Below the pieces are notes generated by a model. The model saw only the letters and a list, made by a program, of their open reading frames with translations, was not told the DNA's origin and did not search any database. Below, piece after piece: positions 20,562-31,279 of a DNA stretch of 64,000 bases (position 1 is the first letter of the stretch; every line of letters begins with the position of its first letter). The stretch is from NCBI GenBank assembly GCA_963702845.1, contig OY969763.1:800001-864000 (forward strand), in the 5' to 3' direction. Origin of the DNA: an uncultured Verrucomicrobiae bacterium. GTDB taxonomy: Bacteria > Verrucomicrobiota > Verrucomicrobiia > Limisphaerales > Palsa-1400. The translations under genes and the position numbers were made by a program.

Positions 20562-21302
20562 GTGAACAAGAGAACGGCATTTACTTTGATTGAGCTTCTG
20601 GTCGTCGTCGCGATCATCGCTATTCTCGCCGCATTACTTCTGCCCACACTCGCGATGTCCAAGGAAAAAGCCAAGCGCGCGAGCTGTAAGAATAGTGAGC
20701 GGCAGTTCCTTTTGGCCCTGCACATGTACGGCGGCGACAACCTGCAACGCCTCCCGCCGGGAGCATCAGACGTCAGCGCCGAAGATGACCATCTGCCGGT
20801 ATTGTGTAGCATCACGAGCAACGCGGTAATCCGTTACAGCGGCAATCGCTCGATTCATTGCCCGAACTACCAGGATTATTTTATCACGCAGCAGGCCAAG
20901 CGCCCGGCAATAGAAGCGACTTACGGTTACGTCATCGGATACAATTATCACGGCGGCCATATCAACACGCCGTGGCCGGCAATTTCGGTATACACGAATC
21001 AGTGGGTTTCACCGATGAAGCTGACCGATTCACCTTTGTTAGTGTTGGTGTCAGAGATGAACGACTGGTCACCCGGATATCAGCAAACATTCGCTCCGCA
21101 TGGGAAAAACGGAGCTGTGATTTCAACCGGCGACTACGCAAACAATCCAAGTGCCGCCGGAGTTTCTTCGCGCGATGCTGGAGCTTTGGGCGGAAACATT
21201 GGGTTGCTCGATGGTTCGGTTTCGTGGAAGCGCGTTGACGACATGGTGATCTATCGTGGGTCGCAGGCATGGGACACCGACGGCTGTTGGGCGATGTGGT
21301 GA
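20562..21302 (+). CDS. Prepilin-type N-terminal cleavage/methylation domain protein
   Basis: [24 protein letters not shown]-terminal [13 protein letters not shown]. Confidence 0.88.
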   Translation: MNKRTAFTLIELLVVVAIIAILAALLLPTLAMSKEKAKRASCKNSERQFLLALHMYGGDNLQRLPPGASDVSAEDDHLPVLCSITSNAVIRYSGNRSIHCPNYQDYFITQQAKRPAIEATYGYVIGYNYHGGHINTPWPAISVYTNQWVSPMKLTDSPLLVLVSEMNDWSPGYQQTFAPHGKNGAVISTGDYANNPSAAGVSSRDAGALGGNIGLLDGSVSWKRVDDMVIYRGSQAWDTDGCWAMW

Positions 21303-21348
21303 CGCCCTGCGCTTGACGTCGGTGGCGTGAAGTTTATTGTTCGGCTAT

Positions 21349-21717
21349 ATGCAACATTCGTCTGGATTTCTGAAGGTCGTTAACGAAGCTCGCGTCAAAA
21401 TCAAAGAGGTCAGCGTCGCGGAAGCGCGCGCACGGATTGAGCAAAATCCCAAAGCTATTCTTGTCGATATTCGCGAAGATTCCGAATGGGCTAACGGCCA
21501 CGCGGCGCAGGCGATCCATCTCGGCAAAGGAATTCTGGAACGTGACATCGAAGAGACGATTACGGATAAAGACGCGGAGATTATATTGTATTGCGGCGGT
21601 GGGTATCGTTCCGCGTTGTCGGCAGAAATGGCGCAGCGGATGGGTTACAAGAATGTCGCGTCAATGATGGGTGGTTACAAAGGAATGGTTGTCGCTGGTT
21701 GGCCGATGACGAAGTAG
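21349..21717 (+). CDS. Rhodanese-like sulfurtransferase
   Basis: LVDIREDSEWANGH, LYCGGGYRS. Confidence 0.9.
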   Translation: MQHSSGFLKVVNEARVKIKEVSVAEARARIEQNPKAILVDIREDSEWANGHAAQAIHLGKGILERDIEETITDKDAEIILYCGGGYRSALSAEMAQRMGYKNVASMMGGYKGMVVAGWPMTK

Positions 21718-21794
21718 CGGCATTACGAAACTGTCATACAAACACCGTTGCGCGCTCGGGACGGTGCGGTAGTTTTGCAGCGAAAGGAAAATTT

Positions 21795-22808
21795 ATGTCT
21801 GCACGATTTTTTAAACCGATCTTCACTATCGCAATTGCTTCGGCTCTCGTCGCCAGCGCCGCACCGAAGCAGTATCACAAAATCACGGAGATTTCCGTCG
21901 GTGGTGAGGGTGGCTGGGATTATTTGGCGGTCGATGAAGCGGCGCGTCGGCTTTACGTGTCGCATGGCAATGTTGCTGTGGTCATCGACGTGGACAGCAA
22001 TAAACTGGTCGGACAAATCGAAGACACGCCGGGAATTCATGGCATTGCTATCGCGCCCAAGTTGGGACGTGTTTTTACAAGCAATGGACGCGAGAACAAG
22101 GTCAGTGTCGTTGATGCGAAAACGTTGAAGACGTTGTCGAAAGTGGAGACTGGCGAGAATCCGGACGCGATCATGTTTGAACCGGGCAAGTCTGAGGTCT
22201 ACGCGTTCAATGGCCGTGGTAAATCCGCGACGGTAATCGATGCGAAATCCGGCAAGGTTGTCGCGACTATTCCGCTGTCGGGCAAACCGGAATTTGCGGT
22301 GGCAGATCCGAAGGCGCATCAGGTTTACTGCAATCTTGAAGATAAGAGTGAGGTCGCGGTGATTGATACGAAATCGCACACCGTGAAAACGACATGGCCG
22401 GTCGCGCCGGGGGAGGAACCTTCAGGCATGGCATTTGATTCTGCGAATCATCGGTTGTTCCTGGGTTGCGGAAATAAGATGATGGTGATGATGGATAGCT
22501 CGAACGGGAAGGTGCTCGCGCATGTGCCGATCGGTGATGGTGTCGACGCGAATAAATTTGATCGCAAGAACGGTTATGCCTTTGCTTCCTGCCGCGACGG
22601 CACGGTGACAATCGCGAAGGAGAATGGAGACATGCTGGAGGTGTTACAAACTTTGAAGACTCAACAGGGGTCTCGAACGATGGCGTTGGATACGACCACC
22701 CATCGTATTTATTTAGCCGCGGCGGAGTTTGGTGAGCGGAAACCTGGAGAGCGTCGTCCTCCGATGAAGCCGGGGTCATTTAAGGTGTTGGTCTTCGGGA
22801 TGGACTAA
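21795..22808 (+). CDS. YncE/YVTN-type beta-propeller protein
   Basis: Signal peptide, GGEGGWDYLAVD, GIHGIAIAP, GKPEFAVAD, RTMALD. Confidence 0.85.
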   Translation: MSARFFKPIFTIAIASALVASAAPKQYHKITEISVGGEGGWDYLAVDEAARRLYVSHGNVAVVIDVDSNKLVGQIEDTPGIHGIAIAPKLGRVFTSNGRENKVSVVDAKTLKTLSKVETGENPDAIMFEPGKSEVYAFNGRGKSATVIDAKSGKVVATIPLSGKPEFAVADPKAHQVYCNLEDKSEVAVIDTKSHTVKTTWPVAPGEEPSGMAFDSANHRLFLGCGNKMMVMMDSSNGKVLAHVPIGDGVDANKFDRKNGYAFASCRDGTVTIAKENGDMLEVLQTLKTQQGSRTMALDTTTHRIYLAAAEFGERKPGERRPPMKPGSFKVLVFGMD

Positions 22809-23599
22809 GCCGATTTGTCGAACCTGAAAAACGCCTGTGCGGTGCGGCACGTTTGCTCGCTTAATTCTTCGAGCGAGCAATTTCTAACTTGTGCGGCGAG
22901 ATCGGCGATTTCTTTGACGTATGCGGGTTCGCAGCGCTTTCCTCGATAGGGCACCGGAGCAAGGAATGGGCAGTCGGTCTCCAGCATGAAGCGATCGGTT
23001 GGAGCGGCGGCTAAAGCGTCGCGAGCGCTTTGTGCGGTTTTGAATGTTAGCAGACCGGTGAAGCTGACCAGTGAGCCGAGTTCGAGAACGCGATTGAGAG
23101 AGGGGATGGGCTCAGAAAAACAGTGAAAGACGCCGCGCACTTTTTCACGGAATGGCTCCATTTGAGTGATGACGTCGTCGAAGGAATTGCGTTGGTGAAT
23201 GACGCAGTTGAGACCGAGTTGGGTGGCAACTTCCATTTGCTGACGAAAGATGCTGGCTTGTTTGGCCTTATACCCGTCGTGATTGCCTTCAGGCATGCGA
23301 TGGTAATCGAGACCAGTTTCGCCAATGGCGACCACTTTTGGGTGTTTCGCTAAATCGCGCAGGGCAGGGCGGATGTCTTCAGGCGCTTCCAAAACGTGCG
23401 TGGGATGCCAGCCCACGACGGCAAACACGTTTGGAAACTTTTCAGCGATAGCGATCGCACGTTTGCTGCCTTCGAGGTCGGTTCCGATCGAGATAATGCG
23501 CTCAATTCCCACCGCGTGCGCGCGAGCTACCACAGCGTCGACATCGACTTTGAAATCGGGGAAATCGAGATGGGCGTGCGTGTCGTAAAAAACTGCCAT
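22805..23599 (-). CDS. tatD: TatD-family hydrolase
   Basis: DTHAHL, AIGETGLDY, IHQR, GVFHCFS, LETDCPFLAP. Confidence 0.92.
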   Translation of the reverse strand: MAVFYDTHAHLDFPDFKVDVDAVVARAHAVGIERIISIGTDLEGSKRAIAIAEKFPNVFAVVGWHPTHVLEAPEDIRPALRDLAKHPKVVAIGETGLDYHRMPEGNHDGYKAKQASIFRQQMEVATQLGLNCVIHQRNSFDDVITQMEPFREKVRGVFHCFSEPIPSLNRVLELGSLVSFTGLLTFKTAQSARDALAAAPTDRFMLETDCPFLAPVPYRGKRCEPAYVKEIADLAAQVRNCSLEELSEQTCRTAQAFFRFDKSA

Positions 23600-23616
23600 G
23601 CGCACAGTGTGGCTTG

Positions 23617-25848
23617 CTACTGAAACCCAAGCAAGTGCCCGCCGTGGTAAACGACGAATGCGAATGTCCACGCGAGAACGCCCATATAGATCCATTGGAA
23701 TAACGGCCATTTCCAGGAATTGGTTTCGCGACGGACGACGGCGACGGTGCTGATGCATTGCATGGCGAGGACGTAGAAGACCATCAATGAAAGGCAGGTC
23801 AGCGTCGTGTAAACGGCGGTGCCGTCGGGACGTTTTTCATCGCGCAGGACCTGTGCAAGGTCGCGGGTGTGAGCGCCCTCGTCGGTATTTTCGGCGACGT
23901 TGTAGACGATGGACATGGTGCTGACGAAGACTTCACGCGCGGCGAAGGAGGAGACGAGGCCGATCCCGATTTTCCAATCGAAACCGAGCGGCCTGATGAT
24001 GGGTTCGAGAGCGCGGCCTGCCATACCGGCAAAGCTGTTGCGAACGCGTTCGCTACTGGCGGTCGTGGCTGATGCGGCCTGAGTTTGCAACGACGACGCG
24101 ACGTTTGTTGTTTGGTTCGTCGTTGTGTGACGCGGATAGCTGGCGAGGAACCAGAGCAAAATGTTGATGCCGAGAATGACGGTGCCGGCTTTGCGGAGGA
24201 ACAGTTTTGAACGGTCCCACATGTGACGAGCGACGATGCGCGCGAGCGGGCGTTTGTAGGGCGGCAGTTCCATCACCAGCATCGGTGTCTCGCCTTTGAG
24301 CAACGTTTTCTTGAAGAGCCATGCCATCAAGAGTGCGACGACGATGCCGAGGAGATACATCGAGAGCATGGTGAGACTGGCCATGAGTTGTCGGCCGGGA
24401 AACATGGCGGCGATGATCAAAATATAAACCGGTAATCGCGCGGAGCAGCTCATCAATGGCGCGACGAGGATTGTGACGAGCCGATCTTTTGGAGTTTCGA
24501 TGGTGCGCGTGGCCATGATGCCGGGGATGGCGCACGCGAAGGAGCTGAGCATCGGGATGAAACTTTTTCCGTGCAGCCCGACTTTGCTCATCAACCGGTC
24601 CATTAAAAATGCGGCGCGTGCCATGTAGCCAGTGTCTTCGAGCAGGCCGATGAAGAAGAAGAGTAAACAAATTTGCGGTAGAAAAACGACGACAGCGCCG
24701 ACGCCTTGAATGACACCGTTGACGAGGAGATCGCGCAGGTCTCCGGGTGGCATGGCGTTTCCAACCGCGTCACCGGCTAACTTGAAACCGGTTTTTAGCA
24801 GTTCCATCGGAATGGGCGCCAGAGTGAAGATGCTGAGGAACATCACAGCCATGATGGCGACGAAAATGAGCATTCCCCAAAACCGATGCGTCACGACACG
24901 GTCGAGTTTGTCGCTGAAATTTTCACCGCTCAAACCACTGTCGCTCGTGACTAATTGCTGGATTGCGGAGATGCGGAGGTAGCGCGCTTCGATCGTCGCA
25001 CTACGCCAATCCAGTCCGGTGGCTTCAATGCGTGCGCGCGCGGCTTCGACCGACTGAACGACACTCGCAGAATAATGTGAGGCGCTGCCCCGCAGGAATT
25101 TCTCGTCCGACAAGATCAACACCGCTTCCGCGTGCGCGGACGTATGGCGTTGGTGAAATGCGTTAGCGAGGAGGTCTGACAGAGGCTCGATCTCTTTGGC
25201 TATCGCGGCGGGTAATTCGTAAAAGGGTTTTGGCGTCGTGCGTTTTGGCGCGCGCACGAGTTCAACGATGCCCTTGCGCAACTCGGGAATTCCTTCGCCT
25301 GTGTTGGCGATAAGGGGAAGCACAGGGATGCCAAGTTGATTTGAAAGCTTTTCGGCGTCGATGGCATGACCATTTCCGGCGGCGACATCGACCATGTTCA
25401 ACCCGATGATCGTCGGATAGCCAAGTTCGACGACTTGTGTGGCGAAATACAAATTGCGTTCCAGGTTAGACGCATCGACGACGACAATGACAAGGCAAGG
25501 CGCCGGCACTTCAGACAAACGATGAAAGAGAACATCGCGCGCGACCTGTTCGTCGAGCGATTGCGGACTGAGACTGTAGGTCCCAGGCAGATCCAGGATT
25601 GTGATGGGCAGCTCATTGGGGGAGCCTTGGAGTTTCCCCTCTTTGCGTTCCACGGTGACACCGGCGTAATTGCCGACGCGCGCACGCAAACCAGTGAGCG
25701 CATTGAAGACAGTGGTTTTGCCGGAATTCGGATTACCGGTCAGGACAACGTATGCCGGTTGCGTGCGCGGTGAGGCACTGCCTCGTTGAGACTGAGTCTC
25801 AATAGGCGATTTTGCTGCGCTCGGTTGTGTTTTATCCTGTGTTAACAT
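23617..25848 (-). CDS. feoB: Ferrous iron transporter FeoB
   Basis: GNPNSGKT, VGNYAGVTVE, DLPGTYSL, MSCSARLPVY, FAAREV; exact start uncertain. Confidence 0.96.
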   Translation of the reverse strand: MLTQDKTQPSAAKSPIETQSQRGSASPRTQPAYVVLTGNPNSGKTTVFNALTGLRARVGNYAGVTVERKEGKLQGSPNELPITILDLPGTYSLSPQSLDEQVARDVLFHRLSEVPAPCLVIVVVDASNLERNLYFATQVVELGYPTIIGLNMVDVAAGNGHAIDAEKLSNQLGIPVLPLIANTGEGIPELRKGIVELVRAPKRTTPKPFYELPAAIAKEIEPLSDLLANAFHQRHTSAHAEAVLILSDEKFLRGSASHYSASVVQSVEAARARIEATGLDWRSATIEARYLRISAIQQLVTSDSGLSGENFSDKLDRVVTHRFWGMLIFVAIMAVMFLSIFTLAPIPMELLKTGFKLAGDAVGNAMPPGDLRDLLVNGVIQGVGAVVVFLPQICLLFFFIGLLEDTGYMARAAFLMDRLMSKVGLHGKSFIPMLSSFACAIPGIMATRTIETPKDRLVTILVAPLMSCSARLPVYILIIAAMFPGRQLMASLTMLSMYLLGIVVALLMAWLFKKTLLKGETPMLVMELPPYKRPLARIVARHMWDRSKLFLRKAGTVILGINILLWFLASYPRHTTTNQTTNVASSLQTQAASATTASSERVRNSFAGMAGRALEPIIRPLGFDWKIGIGLVSSFAAREVFVSTMSIVYNVAENTDEGAHTRDLAQVLRDEKRPDGTAVYTTLTCLSLMVFYVLAMQCISTVAVVRRETNSWKWPLFQWIYMGVLAWTFAFVVYHGGHLLGFQ
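25786..25802. promoter_or_regulatory. Perfect 8-1-8 palindrome TTGAGACTGAGTCTCAA, putative iron-regulator (Fur-like) box
   Basis: Perfect dyad within the feoB 5' end; near-identical copy upstream of the operon. Confidence 0.65.
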
Positions 25849-25879
25849 TCGAAGGGATTTGCCGATTAGGGCGCCTGCC

Positions 25880-26113
25880 TCATTTCGATTCTACAAAAAT
25901 TTGCTCAGCGTCTGCCCGTCGTAACGTCAGATGATAGCCACGCACTTTGATTTCAACGGGATCGCCTAACGGCGCGAAGCGAACCAATTGCACCGGTGTG
26001 CCGACGAGCAGTCCCATTTCAAGCAAACGTCCCCGGCTTTGCGGTGGCACTTTGATTTCCGTGACCGTTGCAGCGCTTCCCATGGTCAATGAAGTCAGTG
26101 GCTGGCTTGGCAT
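25880..26113 (-). CDS. feoA: FeoA
   Basis: RLLEMGLLVGTPVQLVRFAPLGDPVEIKVRGYHLTLR. Confidence 0.93.
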   Translation of the reverse strand: MPSQPLTSLTMGSAATVTEIKVPPQSRGRLLEMGLLVGTPVQLVRFAPLGDPVEIKVRGYHLTLRRADAEQIFVESK

Positions 26114-26114
26114 A

Positions 26115-26420
26115 TCACGCTGCCTTGCGCGACACTGTGATGGGAGATACGGGCTCAACCAAAATCTTATCGGCCAGTCGCGTGCTGATCCCGAGGCGCG
26201 CATTACAGACCTGGCAAATGATCGTGTTTTCGCGGGTCAAAACTTTGATCTGTTGCTCTTCGCCCAAGCCCATCTCACGCAGTCGTTTGGCCAGATCGTC
26301 GTCACACGCCAAGTGCTTGATGCGCACCGAGGAGCCGTCGCGCAGATGGCTCAGCGGGCACAGTTCAGGCTGCGGACAAACTTTATCATCGCAAGCCGTA
26401 TGCACTGGCACTTCATTCAC
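26115..26420 (-). CDS. feoA: Second FeoA-family protein
   Basis: KRLREMGLGEEQQIKVL...ICQVCNARLGIS..LADKILV. Confidence 0.8.
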   Translation of the reverse strand: MNEVPVHTACDDKVCPQPELCPLSHLRDGSSVRIKHLACDDDLAKRLREMGLGEEQQIKVLTRENTIICQVCNARLGISTRLADKILVEPVSPITVSRKAA

Positions 26421-26439
26421 GCGAACGAGGGTAAGCTAA

Positions 26440-26456
26440 TTGAGACTGAGTTGCAA
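26440..26456. promoter_or_regulatory. Putative iron-regulator box TTGAGACTGAGTTGCAA
   Basis: 15 of 17 identical to the palindrome at 25786; about 20 nt upstream of the first feoA. Confidence 0.65.
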
Positions 26457-26547
26457 GTGGAGTTGGAGGGCAGAAATTGGTTTTTTGACACCATTTTTTG
26501 GCTTTCGGGTCGCAAGAGAACTTCGGTATGCTCGTTTAATGGTTCCC

Positions 26548-27528
26548 ATGTCTCGACTAATCATCGGCCTTTTACTGGCCGTCGGTGTTCTCGCCGTGTC
26601 CGCGGCTGACCAGAAATATACGATTGCGGTGATTCCGAAAGGCACGACGCATGAGTTTTGGAAAGCGATCCACGCCGGTGCGCTGAAGGCGCAGCAGGAA
26701 CTCAAGACACGTGGAATCAACGTCGACATCATTTGGAAAGGGCCACTACGTGAGGACGATCGGGACCAGCAAATCCAGGTCGTCGAGAATTTTGTCGCGC
26801 GACATGTGAATGGGATTGTGCTCGCCCCGTTGGATTCGCAAGCGTTAGTGCGTCCGGTGGTCACGGCAGCGGCTGCGAAGGTGCCGGTCGTGATCATCGA
26901 CTCGGGACTAAAGACGGACAAATACCAGAGCTTTGTTGCGACGGATAACTTTAAGGGTGGCATTCTCGCCGGTGAGGAGTTGGGCCGATTGCTCGGTGGA
27001 AAAGGCGATGTGATTTTGTTGCGTTATGCCGTTGGTTCGGCGAGTACGGAGCAACGCGAGGCTGGGTTTCTCGACGCAATCAAAAAGTTTCCAGATATAA
27101 AAATTCTGTCGTCCGATCAGCATGCGGGCGCGACGCGTGAGTTGGCTTATCAGACTTCGCAAAATTTGTTGAACCGTTATGGCCGCGAGGTGAACGGGAT
27201 TTTCGTGCCGAACGAATCCGTTACTGTCGGGATGGCCAAGGCATTGCGCGACATAGGCAAGGCCGGCGGCAAAGTGAAGCTCATCGGTTTTGATTCGGGT
27301 TCGCTGTCGGTGCAGGATTTGAAAAACGGGGATGTGCAGGCATTGATCGTTCAAAATCCGGTCAAGATGTCGTATGTAGGAGTGATGACGGTGGTCGATG
27401 TGCTCACTGGCAAAACTGTACCGAAACGGATTGATACGGGTGTGGCGTTGATAACGCGCGAGAACATGAATCAGCCGGAAATGCAGGAACTGCTGTATCC
27501 ACCGCTCAAGAAATATTTGAATGAGTGA
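26548..27528 (+). CDS. Sugar ABC transporter substrate-binding protein (RbsB-like)
   Basis: IAVIPKGTTHEFWKAIHAGA, FVATDNFKGG, GFDS, VQNPVKM. Confidence 0.9.
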   Translation: MSRLIIGLLLAVGVLAVSAADQKYTIAVIPKGTTHEFWKAIHAGALKAQQELKTRGINVDIIWKGPLREDDRDQQIQVVENFVARHVNGIVLAPLDSQALVRPVVTAAAAKVPVVIIDSGLKTDKYQSFVATDNFKGGILAGEELGRLLGGKGDVILLRYAVGSASTEQREAGFLDAIKKFPDIKILSSDQHAGATRELAYQTSQNLLNRYGREVNGIFVPNESVTVGMAKALRDIGKAGGKVKLIGFDSGSLSVQDLKNGDVQALIVQNPVKMSYVGVMTVVDVLTGKTVPKRIDTGVALITRENMNQPEMQELLYPPLKKYLNE

Positions 27529-28570
27529 CGGTGTTTCAACTGGGTTGAGTAGCGCCAGCGTCATAAAGCGAGGCCGTTTGGGAACTGGCGCTCTGGTGAG
27601 AATGCTTTCTGGTTTGAGCAATGTTTTCGGACCATTGCTGGGATTGGCTTTCGTTATCGGCCTGTTCTGCCTCAGTTCGGAGGTGCGGCCATATTTTCTA
27701 ACCGGCGGGAACTTTAAGATTATTTTCACGCAAGCGGTTGTCGTTTCCATCGCCGCACTTGGAATGACGATGGTCATCATCAGCGGCGGAATCGATTTGA
27801 GTGCAGGGGCCTCCATTGCGTTGACCAGTGTGATTGGGGCGATTGCGTTGGCGAACAATCTTGGACCGGTTGCTGCGTTGGCCGGAGCACTTATCGTTGG
27901 CGCTTTGGTTGGTTTGATAAACGGCGCGGTTATTTCAGGATTCAAAATGATGCCTTTCATCGTGACGCTTGGCACGATGGGCATTGCGCGGGGCGTGGCA
28001 CTTTGGGTTTCCGGTAGTCAAACCGTGATGGTTCCTGACACTTGGGTCAACAAGTTGATGGAGCAGCAATCGCCGGATCAATTGCTACCGGTGCCGATGG
28101 GTGTATGGGTGACAGTTGCAATGGCCGTCGTGGTTGCGCTGGTGATGCGCGAGACAGTTTTCGGCCGTTACATTTTTGCAATGGGCGGCAACGAGTTAGC
28201 TGCGCGTCTTTCGGGGGTGCGAGTCCGATTTCAGAAGACGTGTGTTTACGCGTGCGCTGGGGTTCTTTTTGGATTGGCCGGAGTGATGCAACTCTCGCGG
28301 TTGACCCAGGGCGATCCTTCGACGGCAAACGGCTTGGAACTCGACATCATCGCCGCTGTGGTGATTGGTGGCGCGAGCTTGAATGGTGGCATAGGCAGCA
28401 TACCCGGGGCGTTGATTGGGGCGCTGATCATGGCCGTGCTGCGAAATGGCTCGAGCCAGATGGGCTGGCCTACCTATGTGCAGCAAATCATAATTGGCGG
28501 AGTTATCATTATCGCGGTGGGGTTGGACAGGTTACGACGCACCAGCCGAGCGAAACATTTGTCCCCTTGA
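27521..28570 (+). CDS. Sugar ABC transporter permease (RbsC-like)
   Basis: GMTMVIISGGIDLSAG, PFIVTLGTMGIARG, ELDIIAAVVIGGASLNGG. Confidence 0.92.
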   Translation: MSDGVSTGLSSASVIKRGRLGTGALVRMLSGLSNVFGPLLGLAFVIGLFCLSSEVRPYFLTGGNFKIIFTQAVVVSIAALGMTMVIISGGIDLSAGASIALTSVIGAIALANNLGPVAALAGALIVGALVGLINGAVISGFKMMPFIVTLGTMGIARGVALWVSGSQTVMVPDTWVNKLMEQQSPDQLLPVPMGVWVTVAMAVVVALVMRETVFGRYIFAMGGNELAARLSGVRVRFQKTCVYACAGVLFGLAGVMQLSRLTQGDPSTANGLELDIIAAVVIGGASLNGGIGSIPGALIGALIMAVLRNGSSQMGWPTYVQQIIIGGVIIIAVGLDRLRRTSRAKHLSP

Positions 28571-28608
28571 ATTTCCCGTCGACGAGTCCAATCTATTGAC
28601 ACAGCTGC

Positions 28609-29499
28609 ATGAATAGCCGCGAAAACATCTCTGCCGATTCGGCGCCTCTCGCCAACCTCGATGAATGGGAGGATTTTCTGAAGGAGCGCTATCCCGAGAA
28701 GCCGTTCCAAACTGTCGATCCAAACAAGAAGAAGGAACAGTTCCGCAATTATGAGGCTGATGCACGCCCGACTGTCCGTGAATTTTATCGGTTGAATCAT
28801 CGTTATCAGACGCGCGATTTTGTGCAGCAGAAGAGACGTGAATTCCTGGCGCTGAATCGTAAACAAATGGGAATTTGGGAAGCGCTCGAGTTTCTTAATC
28901 AACTGGTCGATGACAGTGATCCGGATACGAACCTGACGCAGTTGGATCACTTGGTGCAGACGGCTGAACAAATTCGAAAAGATGGACATCCACGTTGGTT
29001 CATTTTAACGGGTTTGATCCATGATCTCGGCAAGATCCTGTGCTTGTTCGGGGAGCCACAATGGGCGGTGGTTGGCGATACGTTCCCGGTCGGTTGCGCA
29101 TATTCCGACAAGATCATTTTCCACGATTTTTTTGCGGACAATCCAGACAGCAAAAACCCGCAATATCAGACGCGCCTTGGCGTCTATGACCAGAACCGCG
29201 GGCTCGACACTGTGCAGATGTCATGGGGGCACGACGAATATTTATATAACGTGGTCAAAGATTACCTTCCGATGGAAGCGCTCTACATGATTCGTTATCA
29301 CTCGTTTTATCCCGCGCATCGCGAGTGCGAATACGATTACCTGATGAACGATCAGGACCGCAAAATGTTGAAATGGGTACAGGCGTTCAATCCTTACGAC
29401 CTCTACACAAAGAGCCAGCAGCCGCCGAATGTGAAAGAATTGCGGCCGTTTTACGACGATTTGATTGGGGAATTTTTCCCGCCGGTGATGAAGTGGTGA
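28609..29499 (+). CDS. Inositol oxygenase (MIOX) family protein
   Basis: [53 protein letters not shown]. Confidence 0.92.
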   Translation: MNSRENISADSAPLANLDEWEDFLKERYPEKPFQTVDPNKKKEQFRNYEADARPTVREFYRLNHRYQTRDFVQQKRREFLALNRKQMGIWEALEFLNQLVDDSDPDTNLTQLDHLVQTAEQIRKDGHPRWFILTGLIHDLGKILCLFGEPQWAVVGDTFPVGCAYSDKIIFHDFFADNPDSKNPQYQTRLGVYDQNRGLDTVQMSWGHDEYLYNVVKDYLPMEALYMIRYHSFYPAHRECEYDYLMNDQDRKMLKWVQAFNPYDLYTKSQQPPNVKELRPFYDDLIGEFFPPVMKW

Positions 29500-29500
29500 T

Positions 29501-31117
29501 GTGAAAACCGCTACGCTCAAACCAAAGCAGGTTTATTTAATATCGAATGGCGACCTCCGCCTTTCCGCTAATCAAAAATGCTGGCCCGAACAGGCGAAAA
29601 TGGAAGTGGCATTGGGTTGGGCGCTAAAAGCCGAGGGATGGACAGTTGTGCGGGCGCATCCGTATGACGAACAAAAGAAGCACGGATTTATCGATTCGCA
29701 GAAGATGGGGTTGGAAGTATTTCGCAAACTCGACCCAACTGCGCCACTCATCGTCGCCGAGTCCGTCTGGCAATACAGTCAACATTTACTCGGAGGATTG
29801 TTCACACACCGCGGCCCAATTTTGACCGTTGCGAATTGGAGCGGCACCTGGCCCGGGCTGGTTGGCATGCTGAACTTGAATGCTTCGATGACGAAGGCGG
29901 GCATTAGATATAGCTCGTTGTGGAGTGAAGATTTTAGCGACAAGTTTTTCACAAGTGGCTTACGCCAGTGGCTCAATGCCGGCGTGGTTACTCATGATGA
30001 AAACCATGTTCGAGATTTTTCGGCTGTAAAAATTCCGAAGTCGGACGAACAACTGGGCCGTCGTTTCGCGCGCAGGTTCAAGCAGCAAAAAGCGATCATG
30101 GGCGTTTTTGACGAGGGCTGCATGGGAATGTTTAATGCCATCATTCCCGACGAATTGCTTCATCAGACGGGACTGTTCAAAGAACGGCTCAGCCAATCTG
30201 CGCTTTATGCCGCGATGCAACGGGTAAGCGATGACGAGGCGGATGCCGTGTTGCGATGGCTGCTTAAAAAGGGAATGACTTTCCACTGGGGCAAGGATGA
30301 GTCAACCGAGCTGACACAAGCGCAGACCTTGTTGCAGTGCAAAATGTATATCGCCGCAGTCAGGATCGCTGATGAATTTGGCTGTTCGACCATCGGCATC
30401 CAATATCAGCAGGGCTTGAAAGATCTCGCGCCTGCCAGTGATTTAGTGGAGGGATTGTTGAACAATGTCGACCGTCCGCCAGTGAAGTGCATAAAAACTG
30501 GCCGCACGTTATTCGACAACGAAGCGGTGCCGCACTTCAACGAAGTGGACGAGTGCGCGGGACTCGATGGACTTGTGACTTATCGCTTATGGCGTGAGCT
30601 TGGGTTTGCGCCGGAGAACACGCTCCATGATTTGCGGTGGGCCCAGCATTTTAACGACGCTTATGTTTGGGTGCTGTTGATTTCCGGCGCAGCGCCGCCT
30701 GCACATTTTATCGGTGGTTATAAAGGAACCTCGAGCGAGCGTCAGCCGCCAATGTATTTCCGGCTCGGTGGTGGAACGGTAAAAGGAATTTCCAAGCCTG
30801 GTTCGGTTGTTTGGAGCCGCATTTTTGTAATGGGTGGGAAACTTCACTGCGATCTCGGCGTGTGCGACGTGGTAAAACTCCCGCATGCCGAAACGGAACG
30901 GCGTTGGAATGAAACAACTCCACAATGGCCGATCATGCACGCGGTATTTAAAGGCATATCTCGCGACCAGATGATGGCGCGCCACAAGTCCAATCACATC
31001 CAAGTGGTTTATGCGCCCAATTCAGCACAGGCCAATCGAGCCGCGCGCATCAAGGCGGCGGCGCTTGATGAGCTTGGGATAGAGGTGCATTTCTGCGGTG
31101 ATCTCCGGCTCAAGTAA
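29501..31117 (+). CDS. L-fucose/L-arabinose isomerase-like protein
   Basis: NGDLRLSANQKCW, ANWSGTWPGLVG, GIQYQQGL, HFNEVDECAG, TTPQWPIMH. Confidence 0.7.
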   Translation: MKTATLKPKQVYLISNGDLRLSANQKCWPEQAKMEVALGWALKAEGWTVVRAHPYDEQKKHGFIDSQKMGLEVFRKLDPTAPLIVAESVWQYSQHLLGGLFTHRGPILTVANWSGTWPGLVGMLNLNASMTKAGIRYSSLWSEDFSDKFFTSGLRQWLNAGVVTHDENHVRDFSAVKIPKSDEQLGRRFARRFKQQKAIMGVFDEGCMGMFNAIIPDELLHQTGLFKERLSQSALYAAMQRVSDDEADAVLRWLLKKGMTFHWGKDESTELTQAQTLLQCKMYIAAVRIADEFGCSTIGIQYQQGLKDLAPASDLVEGLLNNVDRPPVKCIKTGRTLFDNEAVPHFNEVDECAGLDGLVTYRLWRELGFAPENTLHDLRWAQHFNDAYVWVLLISGAAPPAHFIGGYKGTSSERQPPMYFRLGGGTVKGISKPGSVVWSRIFVMGGKLHCDLGVCDVVKLPHAETERRWNETTPQWPIMHAVFKGISRDQMMARHKSNHIQVVYAPNSAQANRAARIKAAALDELGIEVHFCGDLRLK

Positions 31118-31146
31118 TTGCGTAGAGAATGTTTGCTGCGGGAAAG

Positions 31147-31220
31147 TGGCTGTCCGACATGGATTCGAACCATGACTAAAGCCTCCAAAGGGCTCTGTGC
31201 TACCATTACACCATCGGACA
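31147..31220 (-). tRNA. tRNA-Gln(TTG)
   Basis: TGTCCGA acceptor stem, TGGTGTAATGGTAGCA D arm, CT-TTG-GA loop, GGTTCGAATCC, encoded CCA; downstream of ispE. Confidence 0.96.
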
Positions 31221-31279
31221 AGTCGTGGTTAAGGTAACGTTTTGAAACCAGACTGCAAATAAATTTCGATTGAGAGCGG

